Assembly: GCA_903848235.1 (NCBI GenBank)
Contig: CAINFV010000102.1
Location: forward strand, 1 to 34,495
Length of the DNA: 34,495 nucleotides
Direction: 5' to 3'
Origin: Chlamydiia bacterium
Lineage (GTDB): Bacteria > Chlamydiota > Chlamydiia > Chlamydiales > FEN-1388
A program made the position numbers and the translations under genes. Below the pieces are notes generated by a model. The model was not told the DNA's origin, made no database searches, and saw only the letters and a list, made by a program, of their open reading frames with translations. Positions 1 through 9,386 of the stretch are shown piece by piece; position 1 is the stretch's first letter; every line of letters begins with the position of its first letter.

Positions 1-2
1 CG

Positions 3-410
3 ACGACGCAGAGTACGATTGTGGTCAAAGGCGCCCCGACGTTTATCTTTTCTTCAGGGCAGCCAGTTCTTGTGATGCCAAAAGGGGATCCTGGCATGGC
101 GACAGCTGGCACCGGAGATGTGCTCACCGGCATGATCGCTGGCTTTTTGGCACAGAAGCTGACACCCCCTTCGGCAGCCGTCCTTGGCACCTGGCTACAC
201 GGGATGGCAGGAGAGGGTGCTGCACGGACAAGGACCAGCTATGGACTTATGGCATCGTCTCTGCTTCAGGCTATTCCATCAGCTGTCTTCCAACTGCTAG
301 AACAAAGTGCCGAAGGCCTTATTCGTGGATATGTCCCCTTTGGAAGAGCGGAGCCAAGGCGAATCGAAGATCAACCATCACCAGAGATGGGGATGCAAAC
401 GGCATCATGA
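3..410 (+). CDS. nnrD: NAD(P)H-hydrate dehydratase (YjeF C-terminal/NnrD domain), 5'-truncated by the window
   Basis: Frame is open from base 3. Carbohydrate-kinase-like motifs IVVKGAPT, MATAGTGDVLTGMIAG and WLHGMAG. Confidence 0.9.
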   Translation, partial: TTQSTIVVKGAPTFIFSSGQPVLVMPKGDPGMATAGTGDVLTGMIAGFLAQKLTPPSAAVLGTWLHGMAGEGAARTRTSYGLMASSLLQAIPSAVFQLLEQSAEGLIRGYVPFGRAEPRRIEDQPSPEMGMQTAS

Positions 411-550
411 TTCTTCGGTCGAGGTTGGTTACATAGGTTCAACGTTAAGAAGACGGAAGCAAGAATGTTCTGGCGGGATTTAGGGTTCCGGCATGTCGCA
501 ACCCAGACAATCGAATAAATCGTGGGAAAGCCGACTGAACTCAAGTATGT

Positions 551-670
551 TCTTACAGGCGAAAGTCAATCTTTTCCTCTGTGAAGAAAGAGTCCTGGAG
601 CAAAGACTTCTGAAAGTTGGTGTGGATGGCGTCGCAGATAGAACAGAGGGTGACGATATGCTGGCATGTA
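551..670 (-). pseudogene. Decayed duplicate of the nth 3' end (direct repeat of 1388-1507)
   Basis: Ungapped hand alignment of 551-670 with 1388-1507 gives 107/120 identical. Reads TCQHIVTLCSICDAIHTNFQKSLLQDSFFTEEKIDFRL* versus nth ARQHSVTLCPICDAIHTDFQKFLLPNSFFTGEKIDFRL*. No ATG/GTG/TTG start upstream of the repeat in this frame. Confidence 0.85.
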
Positions 671-712
671 AGAGGCCGTTGACGAGCTCTTTCCCGTAAG
701 CCACAGAAGTGG

Positions 713-964
713 CTACGGCTTGTAGATTGCCTTCCTGTGCCCGATTGCTTGTATGACTACCTGTTTTTTGGCATCGTCCACGGCATACAACACTCTATAA
801 TCCCCAACTGAGATGCGGTAGGAGCTTCTGCTTTTCAGCTTTTCAGACCATCTAGGCCGTGGATCCTTTGCTAACAGAACGGCTTTTTCTCTGATTTTCA
901 GATAATCTTGCTTAGGTATTTTTGCTGTCTTGAGTTTTTCAAGAAACTCGACCGTGTACATCAC
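713..964 (-). CDS. relE: Type II toxin, RelE/ParE family
   Basis: 83-aa basic protein with DPRP..SEKLK...YRISVGDYRVLY...IGHRKAIY pattern. ATGA overlap with the upstream antitoxin. Confidence 0.88.
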   Translation of the reverse strand: MMYTVEFLEKLKTAKIPKQDYLKIREKAVLLAKDPRPRWSEKLKSRSSYRISVGDYRVLYAVDDAKKQVVIQAIGHRKAIYKP

Positions 965-1209
965 ACCCCCATTGCTTTATCCATTTCTGCCAGTGATATC
1001 GTCCCATGTTCCTTAATGTCTTTTTCTGCTTGATCGACAGCAGCTTCGTCAATACGTTCGTCGCGTGCCATGAACTCGTTTTCTATGGCCTTTGTGACGA
1101 AGGCGTTCATCGAAATCCTGTCCTCAGCACAGATGACCTTTAGGTGATGATGCATGCCAGGAAGCATGTCAAAGGTGAACCGGACTGTTTTTTGTTGATG
1201 TATGGACAT
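961..1209 (-). CDS. Cognate antitoxin (ribbon-helix-helix-like N-terminus, acidic C-terminus)
   Basis: 82 aa directly upstream of RelE with a 4-bp overlap. Alternating strand VRFTFDM followed by two helices, acidic tail ending GTISLAEM, GGGAG RBS upstream. Confidence 0.8.
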   Translation of the reverse strand: MSIHQQKTVRFTFDMLPGMHHHLKVICAEDRISMNAFVTKAIENEFMARDERIDEAAVDQAEKDIKEHGTISLAEMDKAMGV

Positions 1210-1247
1210 AGCGTTCTCCCTGCTCTGTACCTATCCTATACCGGAAG

Positions 1248-1267
1248 TCTTATTTAAGGGAATAAGA
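1248..1267. promoter_or_regulatory. Candidate TA autoregulatory operator (inverted repeat)
   Basis: TCTTATT-taaggg-AATAAGA palindrome about 40-60 bp upstream of the antitoxin start. Confidence 0.4.
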
Positions 1268-1387
1268 TTACTATGCTTGCGAAGTCGTTGCCCCACTTTG
1301 GCACATCTCAAGGTATGCCTTAATTTCTTACATAGACTGTTCGTGTTTCAATAACTTAATAAAAGAAAGATTTAATATAATGTAAGC

Positions 1388-1507
1388 TCTTACAGGCGAA
1401 AGTCAATCTTTTCCCCAGTGAAAAAAGAGTTCGGGAGCAAAAACTTCTGAAAGTCGGTGTGGATGGCGTCGCAGATAGGACAGAGTGTGACGCTATGTTG
1501 GCGTGCA
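1388..1507. repeat. Intact copy of the 120-bp direct repeat (nth 3' end)
   Basis: Partner of 551-670, offset 837 bp. Confidence 0.9.
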
Positions 1508-2073
1508 GGGCAAAACTTCCGGGCGCAGAGGATTATCTGAAGGTGGATTTTCCCCCAGGACTCTTTGGGGAAAAGTTTTTTCAGATCCCGTTCTACCGCT
1601 TGAACTGTTTTCCCATCAGAGAGGCTCCACCGCCGTGCGCATCGAAAGATATGCCGATCTACGGGGAATGCTGGGATGTCAAAGGCCTGTACAAGAACGA
1701 CAGAGGCTGTCTTATGTCCGACTCCTGGAAGAGACTCTAGGTCATAAAAGGTTGCTGGCACTTGGCCCTTGAAGCGTACGACGATTTCCACAGAGAGCTT
1801 TTTGATCGCTTCTGCTTTTCTTTTGGATAACCCGCAGGGGTGGATGACCTCTTCTATTGCCTCGATAGAAAGTTGTGCCATCTGTTCTGGTGTTGATGCA
1901 AGAGCAAAAAGTCGTGGAGTGATGGCATTGACTCTCTCATCAGTGCACTGTGCCGACAACAGCACTGCGATGAGCAGTGTAAAAGGGTTTGTATGGAGGA
2001 GAGGCACTTTTGGCGCTGGTATCAGCGTGTCGAGAAGTGCTCTGATCTGATTGGCGAGGGCCTGTCGTTGCAT
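1390..2073 (-). CDS. nth: Endonuclease III
   Basis: LIAVLLSAQCTD, HhH motif LPGVGHKTA, PVDRH and C-terminal Cys cluster. The ATG at 2073 is preferred over the TTG at 2091. Confidence 0.95.
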   Translation of the reverse strand: MQRQALANQIRALLDTLIPAPKVPLLHTNPFTLLIAVLLSAQCTDERVNAITPRLFALASTPEQMAQLSIEAIEEVIHPCGLSKRKAEAIKKLSVEIVVRFKGQVPATFYDLESLPGVGHKTASVVLVQAFDIPAFPVDRHIFRCARRWSLSDGKTVQAVERDLKKLFPKESWGKIHLQIILCARKFCPARQHSVTLCPICDAIHTDFQKFLLPNSFFTGEKIDFRL

Positions 2074-2080
2074 ATGCTCG

Positions 2081-3457
2081 TCACTTTCCAATGCAAAATC
2101 GTGAAAATATCGAGTTTAGGATATCTTCTGTGATGTTCGTGCCGATGATGGCGCTGAGGTTTGTGAGTACCTCTCGCATTTCCAGGGCTATAAATTCCGG
2201 AGAGAGGGAGCTCTTCAATCCGTCATTGACCCGCTGTAGGGCTTGGTAAGACCTTTCTAAAGCCTCCTTATGCCGTAGGGAGGTAATCATCACCTCATCA
2301 CGTCGCGGTGTTCCGGCACTCCACATAATAGTTTCGATAGCTTTTTTTAGATCGTCGAGTCCATCCCCTGTTTTTGCAGAGGTGCGGACAACATGCTGGC
2401 GGTCGAACGACGGGGTTTCTTGGCATGGTGTGCAGTCGATCTTGTTCCAAACAAGGACCGTTTTTGAAGATGGCGCTTCGTAGATGGGCATCAGCATCAG
2501 TGAGTCGTGAGGGCGGCTTGCGTCAAGAACAACGAGAATAACATCGGCGCGTGTCATGGCCTGTCGCGATCTGCGGACGCCTTCGCTTTCGATCGCCTCT
2601 TCAGTTTCTCTAATGCCGGCTGTATCAATCAATCGGCAGTGGATGCCATTGAGGTGGAGGTCTTCTTCGATCACATCGCGGGTGGTCCCAGCAATGGGAG
2701 AGACGATGGCACGATCTTTTCCAAGGAGGGCGTTCATAAGAGATGATTTACCCACATTCGGAGCGCCAAGGATACAAAGGGCAATGCCATCATGAATCAC
2801 CTTCCCACTATGAAAGGTTGTGATGAGCGAATGAATGTCATTGGAAAGAACTTGAAGATCTTTTGTTGTATCTTCGAACGTGGTAGTGCCAAGATCGTCT
2901 TCTGGGAAGTCTACCCATGCTTCGAAAAGTGCTGAGAGGTCTGTTGCTCGGCGCTGAAAATCATGAATCTGCAGCGACAGCTTCCCTTCGAGGTGATCTT
3001 CTGCAACGCGGAGAGCCTCTTCATTTTTTGCTCCTATCAGATCTTGTATAGCCTCTGCTTGTGAGAGGTCGATTTTTCCGTTCATGAAAGCGCGAAATGA
3101 AAATTCTCCTGGATTTGCTGGGCGTATGCCTTCGTGAAACAAGGTCTCTAAGATACGACGAGCGATGAGATGCCCTCCGTGGCAGTGAATCTCAACTGTC
3201 TCCTCTCCTGTAAACGAACGTGGGGGGTGCATGACCAAGACGAGAGCTTGATCGAGCGTGTGGCCTGTTGGCGTGTAGAGGGTGTAGAGGCGGGCGGAAT
3301 GAGATGGCTGGTCGCGAAGCTCTTTTTTGAGAAGGCGGCCAGTAGTTGCAATTGCTGTATTGCCAGAAATGCGAACGATGGCAATCCCTCCGACGCCAGG
3401 CGGTGTGGCGAGAGCGGCTATCGTATCGTGGAGCTGTGATCGATGGTTAAATTCCAT
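2081..3457 (-). CDS. mnmE: tRNA modification GTPase MnmE
   Basis: DTIAALATPPG, SFTGEE..EIHCHGG, GAPNVGKSS, GTTRD, DTAG, NKID and terminal FCIGK. Confidence 0.97.
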   Translation of the reverse strand: MEFNHRSQLHDTIAALATPPGVGGIAIVRISGNTAIATTGRLLKKELRDQPSHSARLYTLYTPTGHTLDQALVLVMHPPRSFTGEETVEIHCHGGHLIARRILETLFHEGIRPANPGEFSFRAFMNGKIDLSQAEAIQDLIGAKNEEALRVAEDHLEGKLSLQIHDFQRRATDLSALFEAWVDFPEDDLGTTTFEDTTKDLQVLSNDIHSLITTFHSGKVIHDGIALCILGAPNVGKSSLMNALLGKDRAIVSPIAGTTRDVIEEDLHLNGIHCRLIDTAGIRETEEAIESEGVRRSRQAMTRADVILVVLDASRPHDSLMLMPIYEAPSSKTVLVWNKIDCTPCQETPSFDRQHVVRTSAKTGDGLDDLKKAIETIMWSAGTPRRDEVMITSLRHKEALERSYQALQRVNDGLKSSLSPEFIALEMREVLTNLSAIIGTNITEDILNSIFSRFCIGK

Positions 3458-3677
3458 GGCCTATTTAGACGTTATGAAGTGGTGCAAAATCTAGATTATA
3501 ATCTTTTATCCCCAAAAAATAAATGCTGTAATTCCATTTCTACACCACCCTTCTATGTTATGCCTTAACTTTAGAGAACTAATTTTTTGAATGTAGTTCT
3601 TTGCTATCTGTTTATGACTTCTTTAATTCAAGAGTCTACGTTCCATTCGCATCAAAATCATTGTAGAGAGAATATAT

Positions 3678-4244
3678 ATGGGTTTTCAAGTGTGCGGGGG
3701 CCAGTTTCGCCCCTCCTTTTTCCGTGAGATGGGAACCACGGTCTCGAATTCTGTACATCACGTTTTTCAGTCGACTCGAATCTACGAACTGTGCGACTAC
3801 GTCTCAGCTGCGCTGCGAGCGAATATGGCGAAGGTGCAACAGCTCTTCGATAGCGCCAAAGATCTCATTCTTTTGACCTGTATGTCGACGATAGCGGCTT
3901 TTTTGGACCCTGCTCCGTTTTTTGGGTCCTTTGCCGTCGGCATGGTCTCAAATTTTCTCATCGAGTTTATGCATGGGGCTCCAGCTTCCGGCAGGTCTTT
4001 CTTCCTGGAGAGGGCGTATGAAGGATTCATTGCTCAATCGGCCCTTGTTTCTGTAAATCTTGGCTGCAAGGCAATCCAATCCTTGAACTTCCAATTCTTC
4101 CCGCATATGTGGAGAGAGGGCGCCGTTAGCTCTATGATTGCAGGACTGATTGCAGGAGCAACGGTTGCCTCAGCAGCTCGACGGATCTATGCGTCTGTTT
4201 TGGGAACTGTAGGGATGAGCCGGCTTCCTGCTGTCGCTCAGTGA
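3678..4244 (+). CDS. Hypothetical membrane protein with paired hydrophobic segments (Inc-like candidate)
   Basis: 188 aa with GAGAG RBS, hydrophilic N-terminus and hairpin-like hydrophobic blocks (LILLTCMSTIAAFL-DPAP-FFGSFAVGMVSNFLIEF). Confidence 0.6.
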   Translation: MGFQVCGGQFRPSFFREMGTTVSNSVHHVFQSTRIYELCDYVSAALRANMAKVQQLFDSAKDLILLTCMSTIAAFLDPAPFFGSFAVGMVSNFLIEFMHGAPASGRSFFLERAYEGFIAQSALVSVNLGCKAIQSLNFQFFPHMWREGAVSSMIAGLIAGATVASAARRIYASVLGTVGMSRLPAVAQ

Positions 4245-4384
4245 GTGCGTTTGCGAATTTGTTTTTTTGTTTGTGGCATGGCGCTCTTTGCCTGGTAGCG
4301 AAGAGCAATAATATCCTAATTGTTATAGAAATTTTTTTTTGGTATGACGTGGGGGATAGTGCCGAATAACAGAAGGGGTGAAGG

Positions 4385-7300
4385 ATGGAAAAGCTAGGAT
4401 CAGGGGGAGACTTGGGGGGTGTTGTCCTCCCTATCTCAGGAGAGGGACATTCACCAGGGCCTTCTGGTGTATTAGGTGATCACAAAGCGACCCTGAAAGG
4501 CAGTTCAGATTCAGCCATGGTCGCAGAAGGGGTAATAGGCAAGGTAAGTGCTCAAGGGCAAAAAATGTCAGCTGTCGGCCCTGTATCGAGACCCAGTGAA
4601 GGAGTACCTACCAAGCCAATCGCTGAAGCCATGGCCGGTGGGTTAGAAATTACAGCAAGGGCAAGAGGGCCGGCTGTTGGAGGAGATGTAAGTGAAAAGA
4701 TACTAAAGGCGCAAGAATTAGGACGCAAGGCGATTACTGGAGCTTCTCTTAAGGACAGACAAGGTGCAACTGATCAGTTGATAGCCATGATGGAATCATT
4801 GGGGAAACAAAAACTGAGGGCTCCTTTGGTCCAACGGGATCAATTAGCGGAAGATCTGCGGTATGTCGATAGTCAATTACAAAAAATTCTTTTACAGCAA
4901 GAAGAAAGGCCTGGTCTTCTGGAAGGTCCTGAGGATAAAAAATACACCTATCACATGAAATATGGTGCAGCACTCGGACGCATCCTTTGCGCGGCTCAGT
5001 CAGATCAAGAGGTGATGAGTGAATTTGTTTTGAAGGCTAGTTATATTCGTAGGTGTTTTGAATCGGAGAAAAAAGAGATTGGGGGGATGTTGTCCATCTT
5101 GGGATCGATGGAACAGGCGGTGTTGGATGAAAAAGCGCTTGCACTTCTCAATGATGCTGTCAAGATGTCGAGACTGTGGGTGTTAGGGAATAGTAAAAAG
5201 GAAGGTGATATTCAAGATTTTGTGGAGGCTGCCAAACAACTTCCCAGAGCGGCCCTTCTAACATTAGACCTTATAGCGAAAACTAATCCTGCACTTTTGC
5301 AACGGATACGAGGATTTATCGAAGCGAGTGATTGGGCAGTTGGAAAAATCTTTCTGATGTCTAAAGAGTCTCCTCAGAAGGCGTTCAAGGCTTTGGACAG
5401 CATGGCAAAAACCAATCCAGCTCTTTTTCAACAGGTACGTGCAAACATCGAAGCGAGTGATTGGGCAGTTGGAAAAATCTTTCTCGCCTCTAGAGGCGTG
5501 AAGGCTTGTCTTGACAGAGGGCAGACTGACGAGAATCTTCGAGAAGAATTGAAAAAATTGAGAGGATCGATCCCTGCATTTATTCCTCCGGAGGTTAAGA
5601 AGGTCATTGCGCAACCGATACAAGAGATGTGCGAATTGATGATGAGCCGATGCGAAAAAATGCGTAAGGAACATTTTCCTCCGATGCAGTTTGTTCATGA
5701 AAATTCCGAATTGCTTAGCGAGATATTTTCGATAATGTCTCGAGTTTTTGATAGTGCAGAAGAAGCTGCCGTCCTGAAGAAGTTTCAAAGTACAAAGAGA
5801 TGGTTGGATGATATCGGACAGAGTCTGATGAGCGGACAACCAGATCCTGTTTCTTTTACTTCTCGCGCTCTGGAACGTCATTCAACATTTACGAAAGCGA
5901 ATGAAGCGGAATTAACAAAGCTTGGATTGAGTGATTGGGCAACGTGCATCCCTGATGTAGTCCAGGTGGCTTTAGATTTTGAACGCAGAAAGACGGTCTT
6001 CACTGATCTTTTTGGCAATTTTGTCATATTTCCTCAACAACCTGGCGATCCAGTGACATCGGTGTCGGTGGTACAGTTCGCTCAAAAAATATTCGATGCG
6101 TATCCCGAAAATATGAGAGAAACTTCTGAGCAGCAATCGGCATTGCGACAAACGATTGGAAGGCTATTGTACAACTTAACTCAGGGAGCGCGTTTCGACG
6201 ACATAAGTGTGCCGCACTTCATTCACGCTATGGGGACAAGGAAGGGAATGGAGTATCGGGGCTCGATCGATCTTCCTCAATTAATTAGTATTAACCGGGA
6301 AACATTCGAGATTCAAGCTGCAACAGGTGCTCGAGGGCAATTTGTGGAATGTCCGGCACTTGATGTCCCTGCGTCGAGAGGATTTATAGGATATGATGTC
6401 AAATTAAAAATGACTATAGGGAGTCCTGATATTTCGTATGCCTTTCAGGCGGTGATTCAAGAAGCACAAAGGCTTGGAAACATTGCAAGAGACAGTGGCG
6501 TTTCTCTCCAAGAGAGGCAGCGGGCAACCGAAGACCTCATTTCCCTGAGGAAAGAATTACAAATACAGAAGGCTCCTACTGCACATGCGCGCCTTAAAAA
6601 AGAAGGCGATCTGGCTCTTGTAGATGAACAGTTGAACGAGATCTTTAGTGTACAGGAAAAAAGGTCGTATATTACTTTTTCAGGTGTATCAATCGGTCGA
6701 GGGCTCCTGGAGGGAGCAGGAGATGCCAAATTTGCCTATCAAAGAAAATATGGAACGGCGATTGGAGAGGGGCTATGTAAAAAACACAGTGGTCAAGAGC
6801 TGTTTGATATATTTCTAGCTCAGTCGATAGATATTCGCGTGCGCTACAGTAATAGAGAAGAGGCAGACGCTATTCTTAAGGGTATGGAAGAGGCTTTATT
6901 TGATAAACTTTCTGAAATAAACCCTGAGTTGTGCCGAAATATGAGTAACTGCGGTGCCGTGCTGCGGTGTTTCAAGAGCGGGGAGTGGGAAAAGTTTATC
7001 GCCCTTGCCAAAAGCTACCCACGAATTGGGCTGCAAGTGTTTGATTCTATGAAAACAAGAGGAATGACCCTTGAACTAAGAGAAGCTATTGAACGCAGTG
7101 ACTGGGATGCTGGGAAACTATTTCTGGCTGGGGACTCTGCGGCCGATAGTCGGCAAAAATTTATTCAAGCAGCGCATGAACATCCAGATGTATTTCTTGA
7201 TGTTGCCAGGCACTACCCTCGAGTGGCTCTTCAGGCCTTGTATGAGATCGGAAAAACAGACTCTAAAGTTATTGAAACATTGAGGAAGGGTATTGACGCA

Positions 7301-8320
7301 GGATCGTGGGAAGTGGGCAAGATCTTCCTCGGCGCATGGGATGCAAAAGCCAGTTTTGATGGTGAAGGTGATGGCCAAAAAACAGCTCGACACATGGAAT
7401 CTCTGCTCAAACAGTGTGAAAAGTTGGATCCAGAGGTTCAGGAAGGCCTTCAGCAGCCAATTCGTGATATGATGGGATCGATGGTGGACTACTGTGAAAG
7501 AGCACGTGAAAGTTCGCCAAAACGACCATCGATGGAGTTCCTCACTGAAAATTGGGCCGCTCTTGCGTCGGGATTCAAAGTGGCTGAACGTGTAATTGGC
7601 AAAGAAGAAAAGGACGCAATCCTGAAGGAAGAAACGAAAGAATGGTTACAGGCCGGTTGCAAAAGCGTAGGACAGTCCTCCCCTTCTGCTGCCATTTTTA
7701 CATCTCAGGCTGTTCGGGCAACTCCCATAAAGCAAGGGCCGGCTCTAGAGGCATTGGAAACTGCGACGCTGTCTGAATGGGTGTGTGTGTTTCCGGATAT
7801 TGTTCAAGTGGCTCGAGATTTTTACGCTCGTCCGCCTTTGTTGGTTGATTCAAAGGGGGAGAAGATATTATTTGCTCCAGACAAGGTGAAGGGTGGAAAA
7901 GACGTTGTAGCTGTGGCGAAATTTGCCCAGGCTCTATTCGACGCTTGTCCCGAAACAATGAGAGCAACTTCTGCGCAGCAAGAGGCGTTGCGACAGACTA
8001 TCGGAATGCTCTTCTACAATGCAACACAAGGCGCACGTCTAGATCTTATAGCCGTACTTGGGATCTTTAATTTAGGAAAGCAAGTAGGGGTTGCCGCAAC
8101 CTATAATTGCACTGAAATGACTCCAATGGAGTTCACGATAAATCCAGAAAGAGAGGCGATTCAACTTGAATGCTCAAGTTTTGGTGAAATAAGAGAAGGT
8201 GGGGTGGTTGAAGGTGGTCAGGCCACACGCGGCATAGGATACCACCTTACGATGGTGGCGAAGATGGGAAGCTCTGAGCTTGCGTGTACTATGCAAGTCG
8301 TTGAGGGAAAAACGCCGTAA
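4385..8320 (+). CDS. Large orphan protein made of two ~600-aa homologous modules; candidate secreted effector
   Basis: 1311-aa ORF with a G/S/P-rich N-terminus. Duplicated motifs include LRQTIGRLLYNLTQGARFD / LRQTIGMLFYNATQGARLD. Confidence 0.8.
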   Translation: MEKLGSGGDLGGVVLPISGEGHSPGPSGVLGDHKATLKGSSDSAMVAEGVIGKVSAQGQKMSAVGPVSRPSEGVPTKPIAEAMAGGLEITARARGPAVGGDVSEKILKAQELGRKAITGASLKDRQGATDQLIAMMESLGKQKLRAPLVQRDQLAEDLRYVDSQLQKILLQQEERPGLLEGPEDKKYTYHMKYGAALGRILCAAQSDQEVMSEFVLKASYIRRCFESEKKEIGGMLSILGSMEQAVLDEKALALLNDAVKMSRLWVLGNSKKEGDIQDFVEAAKQLPRAALLTLDLIAKTNPALLQRIRGFIEASDWAVGKIFLMSKESPQKAFKALDSMAKTNPALFQQVRANIEASDWAVGKIFLASRGVKACLDRGQTDENLREELKKLRGSIPAFIPPEVKKVIAQPIQEMCELMMSRCEKMRKEHFPPMQFVHENSELLSEIFSIMSRVFDSAEEAAVLKKFQSTKRWLDDIGQSLMSGQPDPVSFTSRALERHSTFTKANEAELTKLGLSDWATCIPDVVQVALDFERRKTVFTDLFGNFVIFPQQPGDPVTSVSVVQFAQKIFDAYPENMRETSEQQSALRQTIGRLLYNLTQGARFDDISVPHFIHAMGTRKGMEYRGSIDLPQLISINRETFEIQAATGARGQFVECPALDVPASRGFIGYDVKLKMTIGSPDISYAFQAVIQEAQRLGNIARDSGVSLQERQRATEDLISLRKELQIQKAPTAHARLKKEGDLALVDEQLNEIFSVQEKRSYITFSGVSIGRGLLEGAGDAKFAYQRKYGTAIGEGLCKKHSGQELFDIFLAQSIDIRVRYSNREEADAILKGMEEALFDKLSEINPELCRNMSNCGAVLRCFKSGEWEKFIALAKSYPRIGLQVFDSMKTRGMTLELREAIERSDWDAGKLFLAGDSAADSRQKFIQAAHEHPDVFLDVARHYPRVALQALYEIGKTDSKVIETLRKGIDAGSWEVGKIFLGAWDAKASFDGEGDGQKTARHMESLLKQCEKLDPEVQEGLQQPIRDMMGSMVDYCERARESSPKRPSMEFLTENWAALASGFKVAERVIGKEEKDAILKEETKEWLQAGCKSVGQSSPSAAIFTSQAVRATPIKQGPALEALETATLSEWVCVFPDIVQVARDFYARPPLLVDSKGEKILFAPDKVKGGKDVVAVAKFAQALFDACPETMRATSAQQEALRQTIGMLFYNATQGARLDLIAVLGIFNLGKQVGVAATYNCTEMTPMEFTINPEREAIQLECSSFGEIREGGVVEGGQATRGIGYHLTMVAKMGSSELACTMQVVEGKTP
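5318..5484 (+). repeat. Two identical 38-bp blocks (5318-5355, 5447-5484) within a 129-bp (43-aa) tandem unit
   Basis: atcgaagcgagtgattgggcagttggaaaaatctttct occurs twice, encoding IEASDWAVGKIFL. Confidence 0.9.
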
Positions 8321-8380
8321 TATACATCCCGCTCTTGAAAAAAACCCTGAAACCAGACTAGCCTGGTACTGATTTCTTGT

Positions 8381-8451
8381 GCGCCTGTAGTTCAATGGTA
8401 GAACGGAAGCCTTCCAAGCTTCCAGTGTCAGTTCGATTCTGACCAGGCGCT
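8381..8451 (+). tRNA. tRNA-Gly(TCC)
   Basis: Acceptor GCGCCTG/CAGGCGC, anticodon arm GAAGC-CTTCCAA-GCTTC, T arm GTCAG-TTCGATT-CTGAC. CCA not encoded. Confidence 0.96.
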
Positions 8452-8469
8452 TTCTTTCGCCCCACCTCC

Positions 8470-8498
8470 TTGCACCCTATTCTCCCTTCCTATACACT
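8470..8498 (+). promoter_or_regulatory. Sigma70/sigma66-type promoter for rpsB-tsf
   Basis: TTGCAC-N17-TACACT. Confidence 0.65.
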
Positions 8499-8601
8499 AT
8501 CTTCTATCTTCCCAAGAGAGATTGGGGGGAATGTTTAACCCAAGACCGAAATCTCTGCTGCTGTCAGTAGAGATGCCGTCGTCAAAAGAAAGGGACAAGG
8601 C

Positions 8602-9384
8602 TTGGAATTTCCTGTTACTATTAAAGATTTGATTGAAGCTGGGACCCATTTTGGCCACCAGACACGTCGTTGGAATCCAAAGATGCGCGTATATATCTTT
8701 GGGGAACGAAATAACGTTCACATCATCGACTTGGCAAAGACCTTAAACCAGCTGCGTGAGGCGTGCGCCATTGTCCAAGACATGGTTGCCAATCGCAAAT
8801 CGATTCTCTTTGTCGGGACAAAGAAAGCCGCAAAGGTCATCGTCCGCGAAGAAGCAGAACGCACTGGAGAGTTTTATATCTGCGAACGGTGGCTTGGCGG
8901 TACGCTGACGAACCTCGCAACGATCCGTCAGTCGATTAAGAAGCTAGACCGTATTGAAAAACGGATTGCTGCTGGCGGCGACGGGCTGACCAAAAAAGAG
9001 ATCTCATTGCTCTCTAAGTCCCAAGAAAAGCTTGAGAAGAACCTCTCAGGGGTTCGTGGCATGCGCAAGCTGCCAGGGCTTCTCGTCATCGTCGACCCAG
9101 GGCAAGAAGACCTCGCCGTTGCCGAAGCACGAAAGCTGGGAATCCCTATCTTAGCATTGGTTGACACCAACTGCGATCCAGATCCTATTGACTATGTCAT
9201 CCCAGGTAACGATGACGCTCAGCGTAGTGTAAAGCTGATTATGCAAACGCTTGCTGACGCTATCGTGGCAAAGAAAAATGAGATGCAGCTTATCGAAGGG
9301 AAAGAAGAAGGTCGAAAGCCAGAAGAAGCTGATGAAATGGCAAAAGCTTTTGAAAAAGCTGTCGTACCTGGGGGGAAAGATTAA
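8602..9384 (+). CDS. rpsB: 30S ribosomal protein S2
   Basis: [41 protein letters not shown] start. Confidence 0.98.
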   Translation: MEFPVTIKDLIEAGTHFGHQTRRWNPKMRVYIFGERNNVHIIDLAKTLNQLREACAIVQDMVANRKSILFVGTKKAAKVIVREEAERTGEFYICERWLGGTLTNLATIRQSIKKLDRIEKRIAAGGDGLTKKEISLLSKSQEKLEKNLSGVRGMRKLPGLLVIVDPGQEDLAVAEARKLGIPILALVDTNCDPDPIDYVIPGNDDAQRSVKLIMQTLADAIVAKKNEMQLIEGKEEGRKPEEADEMAKAFEKAVVPGGKD

Positions 9385-9386
9385 CC

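Noticed and set aside
424..519. Plus-strand peptide ...TEARMFWRDLGFRHV* resembling a GNAT C-terminus
   Set aside because: Too short, no start codon or convincing upstream motif; could be chance.
480..704. ORFs 480-704(-) and 493-699(+)
   Set aside because: Alternative-frame shadows of the nth duplicate.
8320..8451. tRNA-Gly as the integration site for the 3678-8320 orphans
   Set aside because: The orphans lie 5' of the tRNA, and I saw no duplicated tRNA end and no integrase.
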